In this document: positions 9,629 through 18,273 of the stretch, in pieces | Numbering within the stretch: position 1 is the first letter of the stretch | Layout: each line of letters starts with the position of its first letter | DNA from: Dickeya dadantii NCPPB 898 | Lineage (GTDB): Bacteria; Pseudomonadota; Gammaproteobacteria; Enterobacterales; Enterobacteriaceae | Length of the DNA stretch: 32,000 bases | Direction of reading: 5' to 3' | Assembly (NCBI RefSeq): GCF_000406145.1 | Contig: NZ_CM001976.1 | Location: forward strand, 2,501,067-2,533,066 | Notes under the pieces: model-generated | The model's database searches: none | What the model was told of the DNA's origin: nothing | The model's input: the letters and a program-made list of their open reading frames with translations, nothing else | Position numbers and translations under genes: made by a program

Positions 9629-10159
9629 ATGTTGCGATTTTTGAACCGTTGCTCCCGTGGTCGGGGCGCCTGGCTGTTGATGGCGTTCACGGCACTGGCA
9701 TTTGAACTGATTGCTCTCTATTTCCAGTACGTCATGATGCTTAAACCCTGCGTACTGTGCATTTATCAGCGAACCGCGCTCTATGGCGTGATGGCCGCCG
9801 GTCTGGTGGGCGCCGTCGCCCCCGGTACGCTGCTACGCTATCCGGCAATCGGGTTATGGATTTACAGTGCCTGGGAAGGACTGTCGCTGGCCATCAAACA
9901 CACCAATATCCAGTTACACCCGTCGCCGTTCGTCACCTGCGATTTTTTTGTCAGCTTCCCGTCCTGGTTGCCGCTGGACAAATGGCTACCGGCGATTTTC
10001 ACCGCAACCGGCGACTGCGCCGAACGCCAGTGGAGTTTCCTGAGCATGGAAATGCCGCAGTGGATGATCGTGATTTTCGGCGCCTATCTGCTGGTCGCCG
10101 TGCTGGTACTGATTGCCCAACCTTTCCGCCCCAAGCGCCGCGACCTGTTCGGTCGGTAA
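9629..10159 (+). CDS. dsbB: Disulfide bond formation protein B
   Basis: [48 protein letters not shown]...CAERQW...KRRDLFGR is colinear with E. coli DsbB, including the CxxC and the second Cys pair. Confidence 0.96.
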   Translation: MLRFLNRCSRGRGAWLLMAFTALAFELIALYFQYVMMLKPCVLCIYQRTALYGVMAAGLVGAVAPGTLLRYPAIGLWIYSAWEGLSLAIKHTNIQLHPSPFVTCDFFVSFPSWLPLDKWLPAIFTATGDCAERQWSFLSMEMPQWMIVIFGAYLLVAVLVLIAQPFRPKRRDLFGR

Positions 10160-10169
10160 AAGCGCACTG

Positions 10170-10198
10170 AACCGGGTCAGGCCATTGCCGGCCCGGTT
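10170..10198 (+). terminator. Possible dsbB terminator hairpin (weak; poor U-tract).
   Basis: The stem aaccggg (10170-10176) / cccggtt (10192-10198) has an inner ggc/gcc pairing and starts 11 nt after the dsbB stop. It is followed by ttaatcgtt, not a clean T run. Confidence 0.35.
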
Positions 10199-10206
10199 TA
10201 ATCGTT

Positions 10207-10265
10207 ATCAAAACAATCTGCATCAAAACAATCTGCATTAAAAAATCTGTATTAAAACAATCTGC
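10207..10265. repeat. Tandem repeat, 15-bp unit x4 (ATCAAAACAATCTGC).
   Basis: Two identical units sit at 10207-10221 and 10222-10236. A degenerate 14-nt unit, attaaaaaatctgt, is at 10237-10250, and attaaaacaatctgc is at 10251-10265. All lie in the convergent dsbB/ycgN spacer. Confidence 0.9.
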
Positions 10266-10311
10266 TGAAAACAGCAAAACTGAGCGAATTAGGACTTCAA
10301 TAATCCGAGCG

Positions 10312-10357
10312 GTTTTTTCATTGAAAGGCTGTTTTTTCATTGAAAGACTATTGAAAA
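10312..10357. repeat. Tandem repeat with 19-bp period: GTTTTTTCATTGAAAG x2 plus a partial third copy.
   Basis: Identical 16-mers occur at 10312-10327 and 10331-10346, with attgaaaa repeated at 10350-10357. Confidence 0.85.
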
Positions 10358-10429
10358 ACCCGCCAGCGCCCGCCGTTGTTAAGGGGATTGGACAATCACA
10401 CTGGTATAAAATTATTTTATATCAATAAA

Positions 10430-10876
10430 TTACCTGGCCCATTCAGGTTTGTTTAGAATGTGGTCCTGCCAGTCCATCACCTCACTTTCACGCACGGCGA
10501 TGTTGCGCACCGAGATCCGCTGTTGATGCATCGCGGCTTTGGAGCCAGCCAGCAAGGGGTGCCACGGTTGTAGCCCTTTCCCTTCGTGTATCAACCGGTA
10601 AGCGCAGGTTTCGGGCAACCAGTCGAACGATAACAGGTTTTCCCGCGTCAGCTTGATGCAATCCGGCTCATACTCAAACCGGCGCGCATAGTTACGGCAC
10701 TGGCAGCTTTTGATATTCAACTGATTACAGGCCACATTGGTGAAATAGAGTTCGTCCGTGTCTTCATCGATCAATTTGTGCAAACAGCAACGCCCGCAGC
10801 CGTCACAAAGCGCTTCCCACTCGTCGTCCGACATTTGCTCCAGGGTTTGGGTTTCCCAAAAGGGTTTTTGAGTCAT
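10430..10876 (-). CDS. ycgN: UPF0260 family protein YcgN
   Basis: [63 protein letters not shown] matches E. coli YcgN. The start was moved to the ATG at 10876; the upstream 27 codons have no homology. Confidence 0.92.
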   Translation of the reverse strand: MTQKPFWETQTLEQMSDDEWEALCDGCGRCCLHKLIDEDTDELYFTNVACNQLNIKSCQCRNYARRFEYEPDCIKLTRENLLSFDWLPETCAYRLIHEGKGLQPWHPLLAGSKAAMHQQRISVRNIAVRESEVMDWQDHILNKPEWAR

Positions 10877-10980
10877 AACTGCAATTCCGATGATGATAAA
10901 CAGGGCGTCTGGCTGTGTATTGTAAAGGGGGATGAGGCGGGATACCACCCGCGGCAACGCCGCGAGCGGTAACAGAATAC

Positions 10981-11637
10981 TCAGATAACGTGGGTTGTCA
11001 GCGTGCGCTCGTTGAGCGTAATGGTTAACGCATCGCCCGACTGCAGCGGCCCCACCCCTTGCGGTGTACCGGTCAGGATGATGTCGCCGGCGCGCAGGGT
11101 AAAAAAGCGGCTCATGTAGGCGATCAGCGGCAGGATCGGCGTGATCATGTCACGAGTATTGCCCTGCTGACGTACTTCGCCATTGATGCTGATGCCCAGC
11201 TCCGCCTGCTGCGGATCGCTAAACTCAGCCACCGGGATAAACCCGGATACCGGACAGGAACCATCGAACCCTTTGGCTTTTTCCCACGGTTGCCCGGCTT
11301 TCTTGAACCCGGCCTGTAAATCGCGCAGCGTCAGATCCAACGCCACACCGTAACCGGCAATCGCTCTGGCGACCCGCTCTTCATTAGCCTGCTTGAGCGG
11401 CGTGCCGATCAACACCGCCAGTTCAACCTCATGGTGTACCGAACCCAGTTCTTTAGGAATCGCCACCGGCTGGCGCAAATCGCACAACGCGGTTTCAGGC
11501 TTGATGAACAGAACCGGTTCCGCCGATTTGGCGCTGCCCATTTCACGAATATGCTCGGAATAGTTGCTGCCGACGCATACCACTTTATTCACCGGAAAAT
11601 CCAGTAATGCGCCCTGCCAGTCTCTGTGTTGATACAT
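10981..11637 (-). CDS. ycgM: Fumarylacetoacetate hydrolase family protein YcgM
   Basis: [35 protein letters not shown]...[11 protein letters not shown]...[11 protein letters not shown]...[19 protein letters not shown] is colinear with E. coli YcgM. AGGAGAGGG precedes the ATG. Confidence 0.94.
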   Translation of the reverse strand: MYQHRDWQGALLDFPVNKVVCVGSNYSEHIREMGSAKSAEPVLFIKPETALCDLRQPVAIPKELGSVHHEVELAVLIGTPLKQANEERVARAIAGYGVALDLTLRDLQAGFKKAGQPWEKAKGFDGSCPVSGFIPVAEFSDPQQAELGISINGEVRQQGNTRDMITPILPLIAYMSRFFTLRAGDIILTGTPQGVGPLQSGDALTITLNERTLTTHVI

Positions 11638-12013
11638 GTACCCTCTCCTGACCTTTCTGTTAGCGGATAGCGCCTGCCCGTCATGACAGACTCGGCTTGC
11701 CCATCATACCGGCATCGCCATCAAAAAAGTAAGCGCGATTGATGAACAACAGTATCCGGAATTTATCATAACCCCCGTTCCGTCTTTTGCGACCGTCATC
11801 AATACGCCAGCCGAAGAAAGGAATTACGCGGGATGGATGAAAATTCGTTTATTTAATCGTTGCGACGAATATACCTGTATATAAATCAGTATCGGTAAAA
11901 TAGCATCAACAGGATTAAACCATTGCCCGGTTTATTTCTGACACCCCTGTATTAAAAAACAGCGGCCAATTCCCGTCGCGGCATCGAACATTATCTGAAA
12001 AATAATTCGGGTA

Positions 12014-12286
12014 TTATTTTTTTACACTTGCCTGCAGTTCATCCAATAGATTTTCCGGCGGCGGCGGTAGTTGCAGATAAAAACCCTGCTCGATAAGCAT
12101 CTGTTTTACCTTATCAATATCTGCGGACGCCAGTTTCTTCCTGCCATCAAGCGGTAATAACATCACCAAATGCGGCAGACCGAAACTTTTCATCAGTTCG
12201 TCAGGTACGCGGGAAAAATCGTCTTTTTTTTCGACATAGAGATATGTTTGATCGCGTTTGGAACTTCTGTAGATCACACAATACAT
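12014..12286 (-). CDS. ycgL: YcgL domain protein
   Basis: [34 protein letters not shown]...LPLDGRKKL...YLQLPPPPE matches E. coli YcgL. Confidence 0.9.
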   Translation of the reverse strand: MYCVIYRSSKRDQTYLYVEKKDDFSRVPDELMKSFGLPHLVMLLPLDGRKKLASADIDKVKQMLIEQGFYLQLPPPPENLLDELQASVKK

Positions 12287-12422
12287 GTTTTTTACTCTGA
12301 ACTAGGGGAATGGTGTCTTGCCTGTATTTTCATGTGACTATAACATGCTTGAAGCGCTCTGGAATATCATGCCTTAAATGCTACTCTGGGGATTTAAAGA
12401 TGCTGAAACTGAGTCAGGACAG

Positions 12423-13136
12423 ATGTCACAAACGCCAATAGAGTTGAAAGGCAGCAACTTTACCTTATCCGTTGTTCATCTGCATGATGCGCAGCCCGAT
12501 ATTATTCACCAGGCCCTGCAGGAAAAGATCGAACAGGCGCCGGCGTTTCTTAAAAACGCGCCGGTCGTTGTCAATGTCTCGGCGCTGCCCGTTGACGCTG
12601 ACTGGATTAAGCTCCAGCAGGCGATTACCGCCGCCGGTTTGCGGGTCGTGGGGGTAAGCGGGTGCGATGATGAGCAACTCAGATTATCTATCGCCAAAGC
12701 GGGGCTCCCGCTGTTACGTGAAGGTAAATTGCGTGAAGGTAAATTACGCGAAGACAAGGAACGCAGGACGACTCAACCTCCGGTGCCGGTCGCCACGCCG
12801 GTTAAAACCCGGGTGATCAATACACCCGTCCGTTCCGGACAGCAAATTTACGCCCGCGACTGTGACCTTATCGTTACCAGCCATGTTAGCGCCGGTGCCG
12901 AAGTCATTGCCGACGGCAATATCCATATTTACGGCATGATGCGCGGCCGCGCGCTGGCGGGGGTTTCTGGCGATGTCGACAGTCAGATCTTCTGCACTCA
13001 TCTGGCCGCCGAGTTGGTGTCGATCGCCGGGCGTTACTGGCTCAGCGATCAGATACCGGAAAACTATTTCGGGAAGGCGGCGCGCCTGAAACTCAGTCCG
13101 CCCGACCATGTTCTGACCATACAACCTCTAGACTAG
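12423..13136 (+). CDS. minC: Septum site-determining protein MinC
   Basis: [25 protein letters not shown]... and the C-terminal [48 protein letters not shown] match E. coli MinC. The start was set to the ATG at 12423 rather than 12378. Confidence 0.95.
   Translation: MSQTPIELKGSNFTLSVVHLHDAQPDIIHQALQEKIEQAPAFLKNAPVVVNVSALPVDADWIKLQQAITAAGLRVVGVSGCDDEQLRLSIAKAGLPLLREGKLREGKLREDKERRTTQPPVPVATPVKTRVINTPVRSGQQIYARDCDLIVTSHVSAGAEVIADGNIHIYGMMRGRALAGVSGDVDSQIFCTHLAAELVSIAGRYWLSDQIPENYFGKAARLKLSPPDHVLTIQPLD
12717..12761 (+). repeat. In-frame 15-bp tandem duplication in the MinC interdomain linker.
   Basis: The units are cgtgaaggtaaattg (12717-12731), cgtgaaggtaaatta (12732-12746) and the degenerate cgcgaagacaaggaa (12747-12761). 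They encode [15 protein letters not shown]. Confidence 0.85.
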
Positions 13137-13156
13137 GCCCTTGAAAGGAATTATTT

Positions 13157-13969
13157 ATGGCACGCATCATTGTTGTTACTTCAGGTAAAGGGGGCGTTGG
13201 CAAGACCACTTCAAGCGCGGCCATTGCTACCGGTTTAGCCCAAAAAGGTAAGAAGACGGTTGTCATCGACTTTGACATCGGTCTGCGTAACCTCGACCTG
13301 ATCATGGGATGTGAGCGCCGGGTCGTGTATGACTTTGTGAATGTCATCCAGAACGACGCCACCCTGAATCAGGCGCTGATAAAAGATAAGCGTACCGAAA
13401 ATCTGTATATCCTGCCGGCATCGCAAACCCGCGATAAAGAAGCCCTGACCCGCGAGGGCGTGGACAAGGTGCTCAAGGATCTGGCCGACATGGCGTTCGA
13501 TTTCATTATCTGCGACTCCCCCGCCGGTATTGAAACCGGTGCGCTGATGGCGCTTTACTTCGCGGATGAAGCCATCATCACCACCAACCCGGAAGTGTCG
13601 TCGGTACGCGACTCCGACCGTATCCTGGGGATTCTGTCCTCCAAGTCACGCCGTGCCGAACAGGGTCAGGAGCCGATCAAAGAGCATTTGCTGCTCACCC
13701 GTTACAACCCGGGCCGCGTCAGCCGCGGCGACATGCTGAGCATGGAGGACGTGCTGGAAATTCTGCGCATCCCGCTGGTCGGCGTCATCCCGGAAGATCA
13801 GTCGGTACTGCGTGCGTCCAACCAGGGCGAACCGGTAATTCTGGACAAAGAAGCCGATGCGGGCAAAGCCTATGAGGACACCGTGGATCGTCTGTTGGGA
13901 GAAGAACGGCCTTACCGTTTTATCGAGGAAGAGAAGAAAAGCTTCCTGAAACGACTCTTTGGGGGGTAA
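13157..13969 (+). CDS. minD: Septum site-determining ATPase MinD
   Basis: MARIIVVTSGKGGVGKTTSSAAIATGLAQKGKKTVVIDFDIGLRNLDLIMGCERRVVYDF is identical to the E. coli MinD N-terminus, and the protein aligns full length. Confidence 0.98.
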   Translation: MARIIVVTSGKGGVGKTTSSAAIATGLAQKGKKTVVIDFDIGLRNLDLIMGCERRVVYDFVNVIQNDATLNQALIKDKRTENLYILPASQTRDKEALTREGVDKVLKDLADMAFDFIICDSPAGIETGALMALYFADEAIITTNPEVSSVRDSDRILGILSSKSRRAEQGQEPIKEHLLLTRYNPGRVSRGDMLSMEDVLEILRIPLVGVIPEDQSVLRASNQGEPVILDKEADAGKAYEDTVDRLLGEERPYRFIEEEKKSFLKRLFGG

Positions 13970-13972
13970 ATC

Positions 13973-14254
13973 ATGGCGTTACTCGATTTCTTTTTGTCCC
14001 GCAAAAAAACGACAGCCAATATCGCCAAGGAACGGCTGCAGATTATTGTCGCGGAGCGACGCCGTGGGGACAGTGAACCGCATTACTTGCCGCAACTGAA
14101 GCGCGACATTCTGGAAGTCATCTGTAAATACGTGCAGATTGACCCGGAAATGGTGACGGTGCAGTTAGAGCAGAAAGGCGACGATATTTCCGTGCTGGAA
14201 CTGAACGTCACCTTACCGGAAGCAGACGAGGCCACACCGCCCACCGACAAATAA
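13973..14254 (+). CDS. minE: Cell division topological specificity factor MinE
   Basis: [31 protein letters not shown]...[32 protein letters not shown] matches E. coli MinE and starts 3 nt after the minD stop. Confidence 0.97.
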   Translation: MALLDFFLSRKKTTANIAKERLQIIVAERRRGDSEPHYLPQLKRDILEVICKYVQIDPEMVTVQLEQKGDDISVLELNVTLPEADEATPPTDK

Positions 14255-14293
14255 CCACCGTTTCCCCTGCGCCGGCAGAAAACGGTTTCGGCC

Positions 14294-14317
14294 GCCGCCC
14301 TTGTCTGTAAGGGCGGC
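14294..14317. terminator. GC-rich hairpin between the convergent genes minE and rnd; possible terminator, but with no clear U-tract.
   Basis: A perfect 9-bp stem, gccgccctt (14294-14302) / aagggcggc (14309-14317), closes a 6-nt loop. No T run follows on either strand. Confidence 0.35.
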
Positions 14318-14326
14318 ATGTCGATA

Positions 14327-15448
14327 TCAGTAATACGCCAGAATGTCTTTCAGACCTTGTCCAAACAAGCGGCCGCGCCAGCCGGTTACCATTTCCGGTT
14401 CATTTTCCGACAACGTCAGTTTCCAGTGCCAGTTCAGCAATCGGTTAATCTGCCGCCGGGATGCCAGCAATTCGGCCGACAATCCGCTTTGCTCCGCACA
14501 TTGCTGCACCAGCGCCTTGATGTCGCGAAACGCTTTCTTATAACCGGGATAGTCGATCAGATTGACTACCGGCGGCGGATAATCCGCTTCGCTCAACGAC
14601 GCGGTTTCCGCCACCAGCGCCAGCAAAGTTTTGCCGTGATAACGAATTTCCGGCCCACTCAGCCCCAGCGAATCCAGCTCCCCGAGCGAACCGGGCAGAC
14701 AACGGGCCACTTGCCACAGGTTCTCTTCCCGGACAATGAAATTGACCGCGCTGTCGCGCTCCCGCGCCTTACGAAGGCGCCACGCCGCCAGTTTCTGCAA
14801 ACAGGCCAAATGACGGCCGCGCAGTTGCCAGGCATTGCCGATCTCCCGATACGCCGATTCCGGCGCCAGCACCTCCTGACGGCGCTGGCACAGCAACAGG
14901 CACTCATCCAGCGCCGCTTCCAGCCAGCCTGCCGCACGGGTTTCTTCCACCAGCGTTCTGGCTACCGGCAGCAGATAAAACACGTCCGCCGCGGCGTACT
15001 GGCACTGTTTTTCGCTGAGCGGACGCGCCAGCCAGTCGGTGCGGGATTCGCTTTTATCCAGCGCGACCTGACGATAATCCGCCACCAGCGCGGCAAAACC
15101 ATAGGACAACGGCTTACCCAGAAACGCCGCCAGAATCTGGGTATCGATGAACGGCGACGGCAGGCCGCCGAACGCATTCAGAAACACCTCCAGGTCTTCG
15201 CTGCCGGCATGCAAAAACTTGGTAACCTGCGGGTTCTGCAACAACGCGCGAAACGGCGCCCAGTCACGGATCGCCAGTGGGTCGATCAGCGACAGATTGT
15301 CGCCGTCATACAACTGAATCAGCCCCAGTTGCGGGTAATAGGTACGGGTACGGACAAATTCGGTGTCCAGCGCTACCTCGGACACCGCGCACGCCTGCGC
15401 GCACACCGCTGATAATCCTTCATCGGTAGTAATCAACTGATAATTCAA
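14327..15448 (-). CDS. rnd: Ribonuclease D
   Basis: NYQLITTDEGLSAVCAQA...ALDTEFVRTRTYYPQLGLIQLYDG...FLHAGSEDLEVF...SESRTDWLARPL is colinear with E. coli RNase D. Homology starts at a TTG (15448) giving (M)NYQLITTD, and I recall that E. coli rnd also uses a UUG start. The ORF-track start at 15520 adds 24 unmatched residues. Confidence 0.93.
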   Translation of the reverse strand: MNYQLITTDEGLSAVCAQACAVSEVALDTEFVRTRTYYPQLGLIQLYDGDNLSLIDPLAIRDWAPFRALLQNPQVTKFLHAGSEDLEVFLNAFGGLPSPFIDTQILAAFLGKPLSYGFAALVADYRQVALDKSESRTDWLARPLSEKQCQYAAADVFYLLPVARTLVEETRAAGWLEAALDECLLLCQRRQEVLAPESAYREIGNAWQLRGRHLACLQKLAAWRLRKARERDSAVNFIVREENLWQVARCLPGSLGELDSLGLSGPEIRYHGKTLLALVAETASLSEADYPPPVVNLIDYPGYKKAFRDIKALVQQCAEQSGLSAELLASRRQINRLLNWHWKLTLSENEPEMVTGWRGRLFGQGLKDILAYY

Positions 15449-15460
15449 AACGGTATTCTC

Positions 15461-15484
15461 TTGGTTGCGCCCCAGTGCGACCAA
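15461..15484 (-). promoter_or_regulatory. Leader hairpin just upstream of the rnd UUG start.
   Basis: On the minus strand, ttggtcgcac-tggg-gcgcaaccaa forms 8 of 10 possible pairs. It ends 12 nt before the TTG start and is followed by aagagaa (SD-like). I recall that an upstream stem-loop is needed for rnd translation in E. coli. Confidence 0.35.
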
Positions 15485-15646
15485 CCGCGTCCGGGGCATG
15501 AAACATATTATGGCGGACAATCAACATCACACGGGTCAGACCGCTCCGTCAGGGCAGGTAATGGCTTGACGCGAAAGGCGATGTTGTCCTGTGGTGTTCA
15601 GCAGGCAGGCTTCCACCATACCCGTCATGACTACCACAGGCAACCA

Positions 15647-17317
15647 TCAGGCGGCTGACTGCTCATTACGCAGCTCACGCCGGAGAATTTTCCCCACGTT
15701 GGATTTCGGTAACTCGCTGCGGAATTCGAATAGTCGCGGCACTTTATATCCGGTGAGGTTACGACGGCAGTGGCTGATCAGTTCCTCCGCCGTCAGCGAG
15801 GGATCGCGGCACACCACGAAGACTTTGACCGCCTCGCCCGACGCTTCGCTGGGCACGCCAATCGCCGCGGCTTCGGATACCTTCGGATGGCGCGTCACCA
15901 CCTCCTCGATTTCATTGGGATAAACATTGAAGCCGGACACCAGAATCATGTCTTTTTTGCGGTCGACGATTTTCAGAAATCCCTGCTCGTCCGCCGTGAC
16001 AATGTCACCGGTTGCCAGCCAGCCCTCTTTCAGTACGTCATGCGTCGCGGCGGGCTGCTGCCAGTAACCGGACATCACCTGCGGGCCGCGCACCCACAAT
16101 TCACCCGGCTCGCCGGGCGCCACATCCTGACCGTCATCATTGATAATACGCACATCGGTAGACGGCACCGGCAAGCCGATGCTGCCGCTGTAATGCTGCA
16201 GGTCATAGGGATTTCCCGCCACCAGCGGCGCGCTTTCCGTCAATCCATAGCCTTCCAGCAGATGGATGCCGGTCAGTTTCTCCCAGCGCTCGGCCACCAC
16301 CTGTTGCACCGAGGCGCCGCCGCCCACCGACAGCCGCAGCGTGGAGAAATCCAGCCGACTAAACGCGTCGTGGTTCAGCAAGGCGTTGAATAGCGTATTC
16401 ACCCCGGTAATGGCGGTAAACGGATAGTACGCCAGCTCTTTGATCATGCCGGGGATATCACGCGGGTTGGTGATCAGCAGGTTTTTTCCGCCGATTTCGA
16501 CAAACAGCAGGCAATTCACCGTCAGCGCAAAAATGTGATAGAGCGGCAGCGCCGTCACCACCAGTTCCCGCCCCTCCTGCAGTACCGGGCCATAAGCGGC
16601 TCTGGCCTGCATCAGATTGGCCTGCATATTCCGGTGGGTCAGCATGGCGCCCTTGGCAATACCGGTGGTACCGCCGGTATATTGCAGGAACGCCAGATCC
16701 TGATTGTTCACCTCCGGCTTCACATACGGCATCCGTTTGCCCTGCTGTAGCACCTGACGGAACGAAATGGCGTCCGGCAGGTGATACTTCGGCACCAGAC
16801 GCTTGATGTACTTGACCACAAAGTTGACCAGCGTACCTTTGGCCGGCGCCAGTTGGTCACCCATGCGGGTCAGGATCACATGCTTCACCGGGGTGTTGTA
16901 CACCACCTTTTCCAGCGTATGGGCAAAATTGGAGACGATAACGATGGCCGAGGCACCGCAGTCTTTCAACTGGTGCTCCAGCTCGCGCGGCGTATACAGC
17001 GGATTGACATTAACCACCACCAGCCCGGCACGCAGCACGCCGAACAGCGCGATCGGATACTGCAACAGGTTGGGCATCATCAACGCGACGCGTTCGCCCT
17101 TTTTCAGTTTCAACTGATGCTGTAGGTAAGCGGCGAACGCACGGCTGCGTTCCTCCAGCCGACGGAAGGTCATCACCTCGCCCATGTTGATAAAGGCGGG
17201 CTGGTCGGCATAACGCGACACCGCGTGTTCAAACAACTCGATTAGCGAAGTGTAGCGATCCGGGTCAATTTCCGCAGGGACATCCGCCGGATAACGCGCT
17301 AACCAGATTTTTTCCAA
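15647..17317 (-). CDS. fadD: Long-chain-fatty-acid--CoA ligase
   Basis: [32 protein letters not shown]...[21 protein letters not shown]...GWLATGDI...[13 protein letters not shown] is colinear with E. coli FadD. The TTG at 17317 lies 7 nt after GGGAG and reproduces the E. coli N-terminus (MKKVWLNRYP, also reported as a TTG start). An in-frame ATG at 17350 is the alternative start. Confidence 0.93.
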   Translation of the reverse strand: MEKIWLARYPADVPAEIDPDRYTSLIELFEHAVSRYADQPAFINMGEVMTFRRLEERSRAFAAYLQHQLKLKKGERVALMMPNLLQYPIALFGVLRAGLVVVNVNPLYTPRELEHQLKDCGASAIVIVSNFAHTLEKVVYNTPVKHVILTRMGDQLAPAKGTLVNFVVKYIKRLVPKYHLPDAISFRQVLQQGKRMPYVKPEVNNQDLAFLQYTGGTTGIAKGAMLTHRNMQANLMQARAAYGPVLQEGRELVVTALPLYHIFALTVNCLLFVEIGGKNLLITNPRDIPGMIKELAYYPFTAITGVNTLFNALLNHDAFSRLDFSTLRLSVGGGASVQQVVAERWEKLTGIHLLEGYGLTESAPLVAGNPYDLQHYSGSIGLPVPSTDVRIINDDGQDVAPGEPGELWVRGPQVMSGYWQQPAATHDVLKEGWLATGDIVTADEQGFLKIVDRKKDMILVSGFNVYPNEIEEVVTRHPKVSEAAAIGVPSEASGEAVKVFVVCRDPSLTAEELISHCRRNLTGYKVPRLFEFRSELPKSNVGKILRRELRNEQSAA

Positions 17318-17452
17318 AACGTCACTCCCGAGATATTTTTTAAGTGGCATAGTCAATCCCAACCCGAGTGATCTGTAACAACATTTTAACTCATATTAAC
17401 AACTGTGAAATTCACAATGTTCAGGTTGAGAAGATGATCACTTATTTCAACT

Positions 17453-17482
17453 TGTTATCACTGCCGAAATGTTATCACTGCC
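17453..17482. repeat. 13-bp direct repeat TGTTATCACTGCC x2 (17-bp period) upstream of fadD.
   Basis: Identical 13-mers at 17453-17465 and 17470-17482 are separated by gaaa and sit directly next to the yeaY terminator. Confidence 0.85.
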
Positions 17483-17483
17483 C

Positions 17484-17511
17484 AAAAAAATGAGGCGACC
17501 CTGGCCGCCTC
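17484..17511 (-). terminator. Rho-independent terminator of the slp-family lipoprotein gene.
   Basis: The minus strand reads gaggcg-gccagggt-cgcctc-a-ttttttt: a 6-bp GC stem (17492-17497 / 17506-17511) followed by a T7 run (17484-17490). It lies 39 nt after the stop at 17550. Confidence 0.65.
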
Positions 17512-17549
17512 TGTTTGTTGTCAGGTTATCACCTGATTGTCGACGATCG

Positions 17550-18134
17550 CTACTCCGTGACGACAGACTCCACCTGAGCCGGCGCATAGCCGTCGTTCCA
17601 GCCCGGGCCCCAACCGGGTCCCCAGACATGGCGGTAACGACGATCCCACCAGGGATCGTAAGCCCGCGGCGGCAACACCACCTGTTGCACCACTCGCCAG
17701 CGTTTATAACCCTGCACGCTCACCACCACGTACTGATATGGCCGTTCACCGATTTTACCCTGCTCGGTACCGGTAATTGGCCCTACCACGGTGATCAACT
17801 GATTCTTGAAATCCACCGGCTCCAGAAAACCATTGACGTAGGCGACCAGTCGGCCTTCCGAGGGTTCGCCCAGTCGCGGCCGGCCGGCGTCATCCAGCGG
17901 CAGACTGGCAATCTCCAGCCGGGTACGATTGGCCTCGTTGCGAATATCCGCAATCCGGCCGCCAAAGCGCGATTCCTGCCCAACGTACAGATTCGGCGCG
18001 TTCATCACCCGAATCAGGTCCATCTGCGGCGTGGCGGAGGTCCCGCGGATTTCAGGCGGTAGCGTGACGCAGCCTGACAGCCCCGCCAGGCTCAGCAACA
18101 ACAGTCCGCACAGCCCGGTCCGGCGCAGCTGCAT
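17550..18134 (-). CDS. yeaY: Slp-family outer membrane lipoprotein (YeaY-like)
   Basis: [22 protein letters not shown] carries a lipobox (LSGC), followed by [14 protein letters not shown]...LEIASLPLD...[25 protein letters not shown], which is like E. coli Slp/YeaY. It occupies the same fadD-yeaY-tsaB position as in E. coli. The start was set to the ATG at 18134 because the upstream 24 codons are a repeat-encoded extension ahead of the signal peptide. Confidence 0.85.
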   Translation of the reverse strand: MQLRRTGLCGLLLLSLAGLSGCVTLPPEIRGTSATPQMDLIRVMNAPNLYVGQESRFGGRIADIRNEANRTRLEIASLPLDDAGRPRLGEPSEGRLVAYVNGFLEPVDFKNQLITVVGPITGTEQGKIGERPYQYVVVSVQGYKRWRVVQQVVLPPRAYDPWWDRRYRHVWGPGWGPGWNDGYAPAQVESVVTE

Positions 18135-18188
18135 CGAGGTTCTATTTCCGCTCGACGCTTTATTTCCGCTCGACGTTCTATTCCCGAA
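18135..18188. repeat. 18-bp tandem repeat x3 abutting the yeaY start codon.
   Basis: Plus-strand units are cgaggttctatttccgct (18135-18152), cgacgctttatttccgct (18153-18170) and cgacgttctattcccgaa (18171-18188). If translated, they would give [18 protein letters not shown]. Confidence 0.85.
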
Positions 18189-18273
18189 AGAGTGGATTGT
18201 CATCACCTATACCCCGCTTGCCAATTCATGACGGACACATGACTTAGACTGTAGCCGATGCGATAAGTTGCTG

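Noticed and set aside
10207-10265. The tandem 15-bp repeats, considered as a CRISPR array.
   Set aside because: The units are contiguous with no spacers, are far shorter than CRISPR repeats, and there are no cas genes in the window.
13969-14327. The direct adjacency of minCDE to rnd-fadD (these blocks are far apart in E. coli K-12), considered as a rearrangement of interest.
   Set aside because: As far as I recall, this adjacency is the common arrangement in non-Escherichia Enterobacterales such as Yersinia and Serratia. No scar or mobile element is visible at the junction, so it is probably ancestral synteny.
14318-15412. A 364-aa plus-strand ORF covering almost all of rnd.
   Set aside because: The sequence is rich in R, Q and F with no recognisable motif. 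The opposite strand encodes a protein colinear with E. coli RNase D, so this is an antisense artefact. The same reasoning applies to 6702..7520 (antisense to ycgB), 15770..16393 (fadD), 20208..20945 (yoaA), 22255..22911 (pabB), 24426..25262 (sdaA), 27660..28616 (yoaE) and 29699..30607 (manX).
17404-17416. TGTGAaatTCACA upstream of fadD, considered as a CRP site.
   Set aside because: The half-sites are right but the spacer is 3 nt instead of the 6 nt CRP requires. It is retained only as an unexplained palindrome in the findings.
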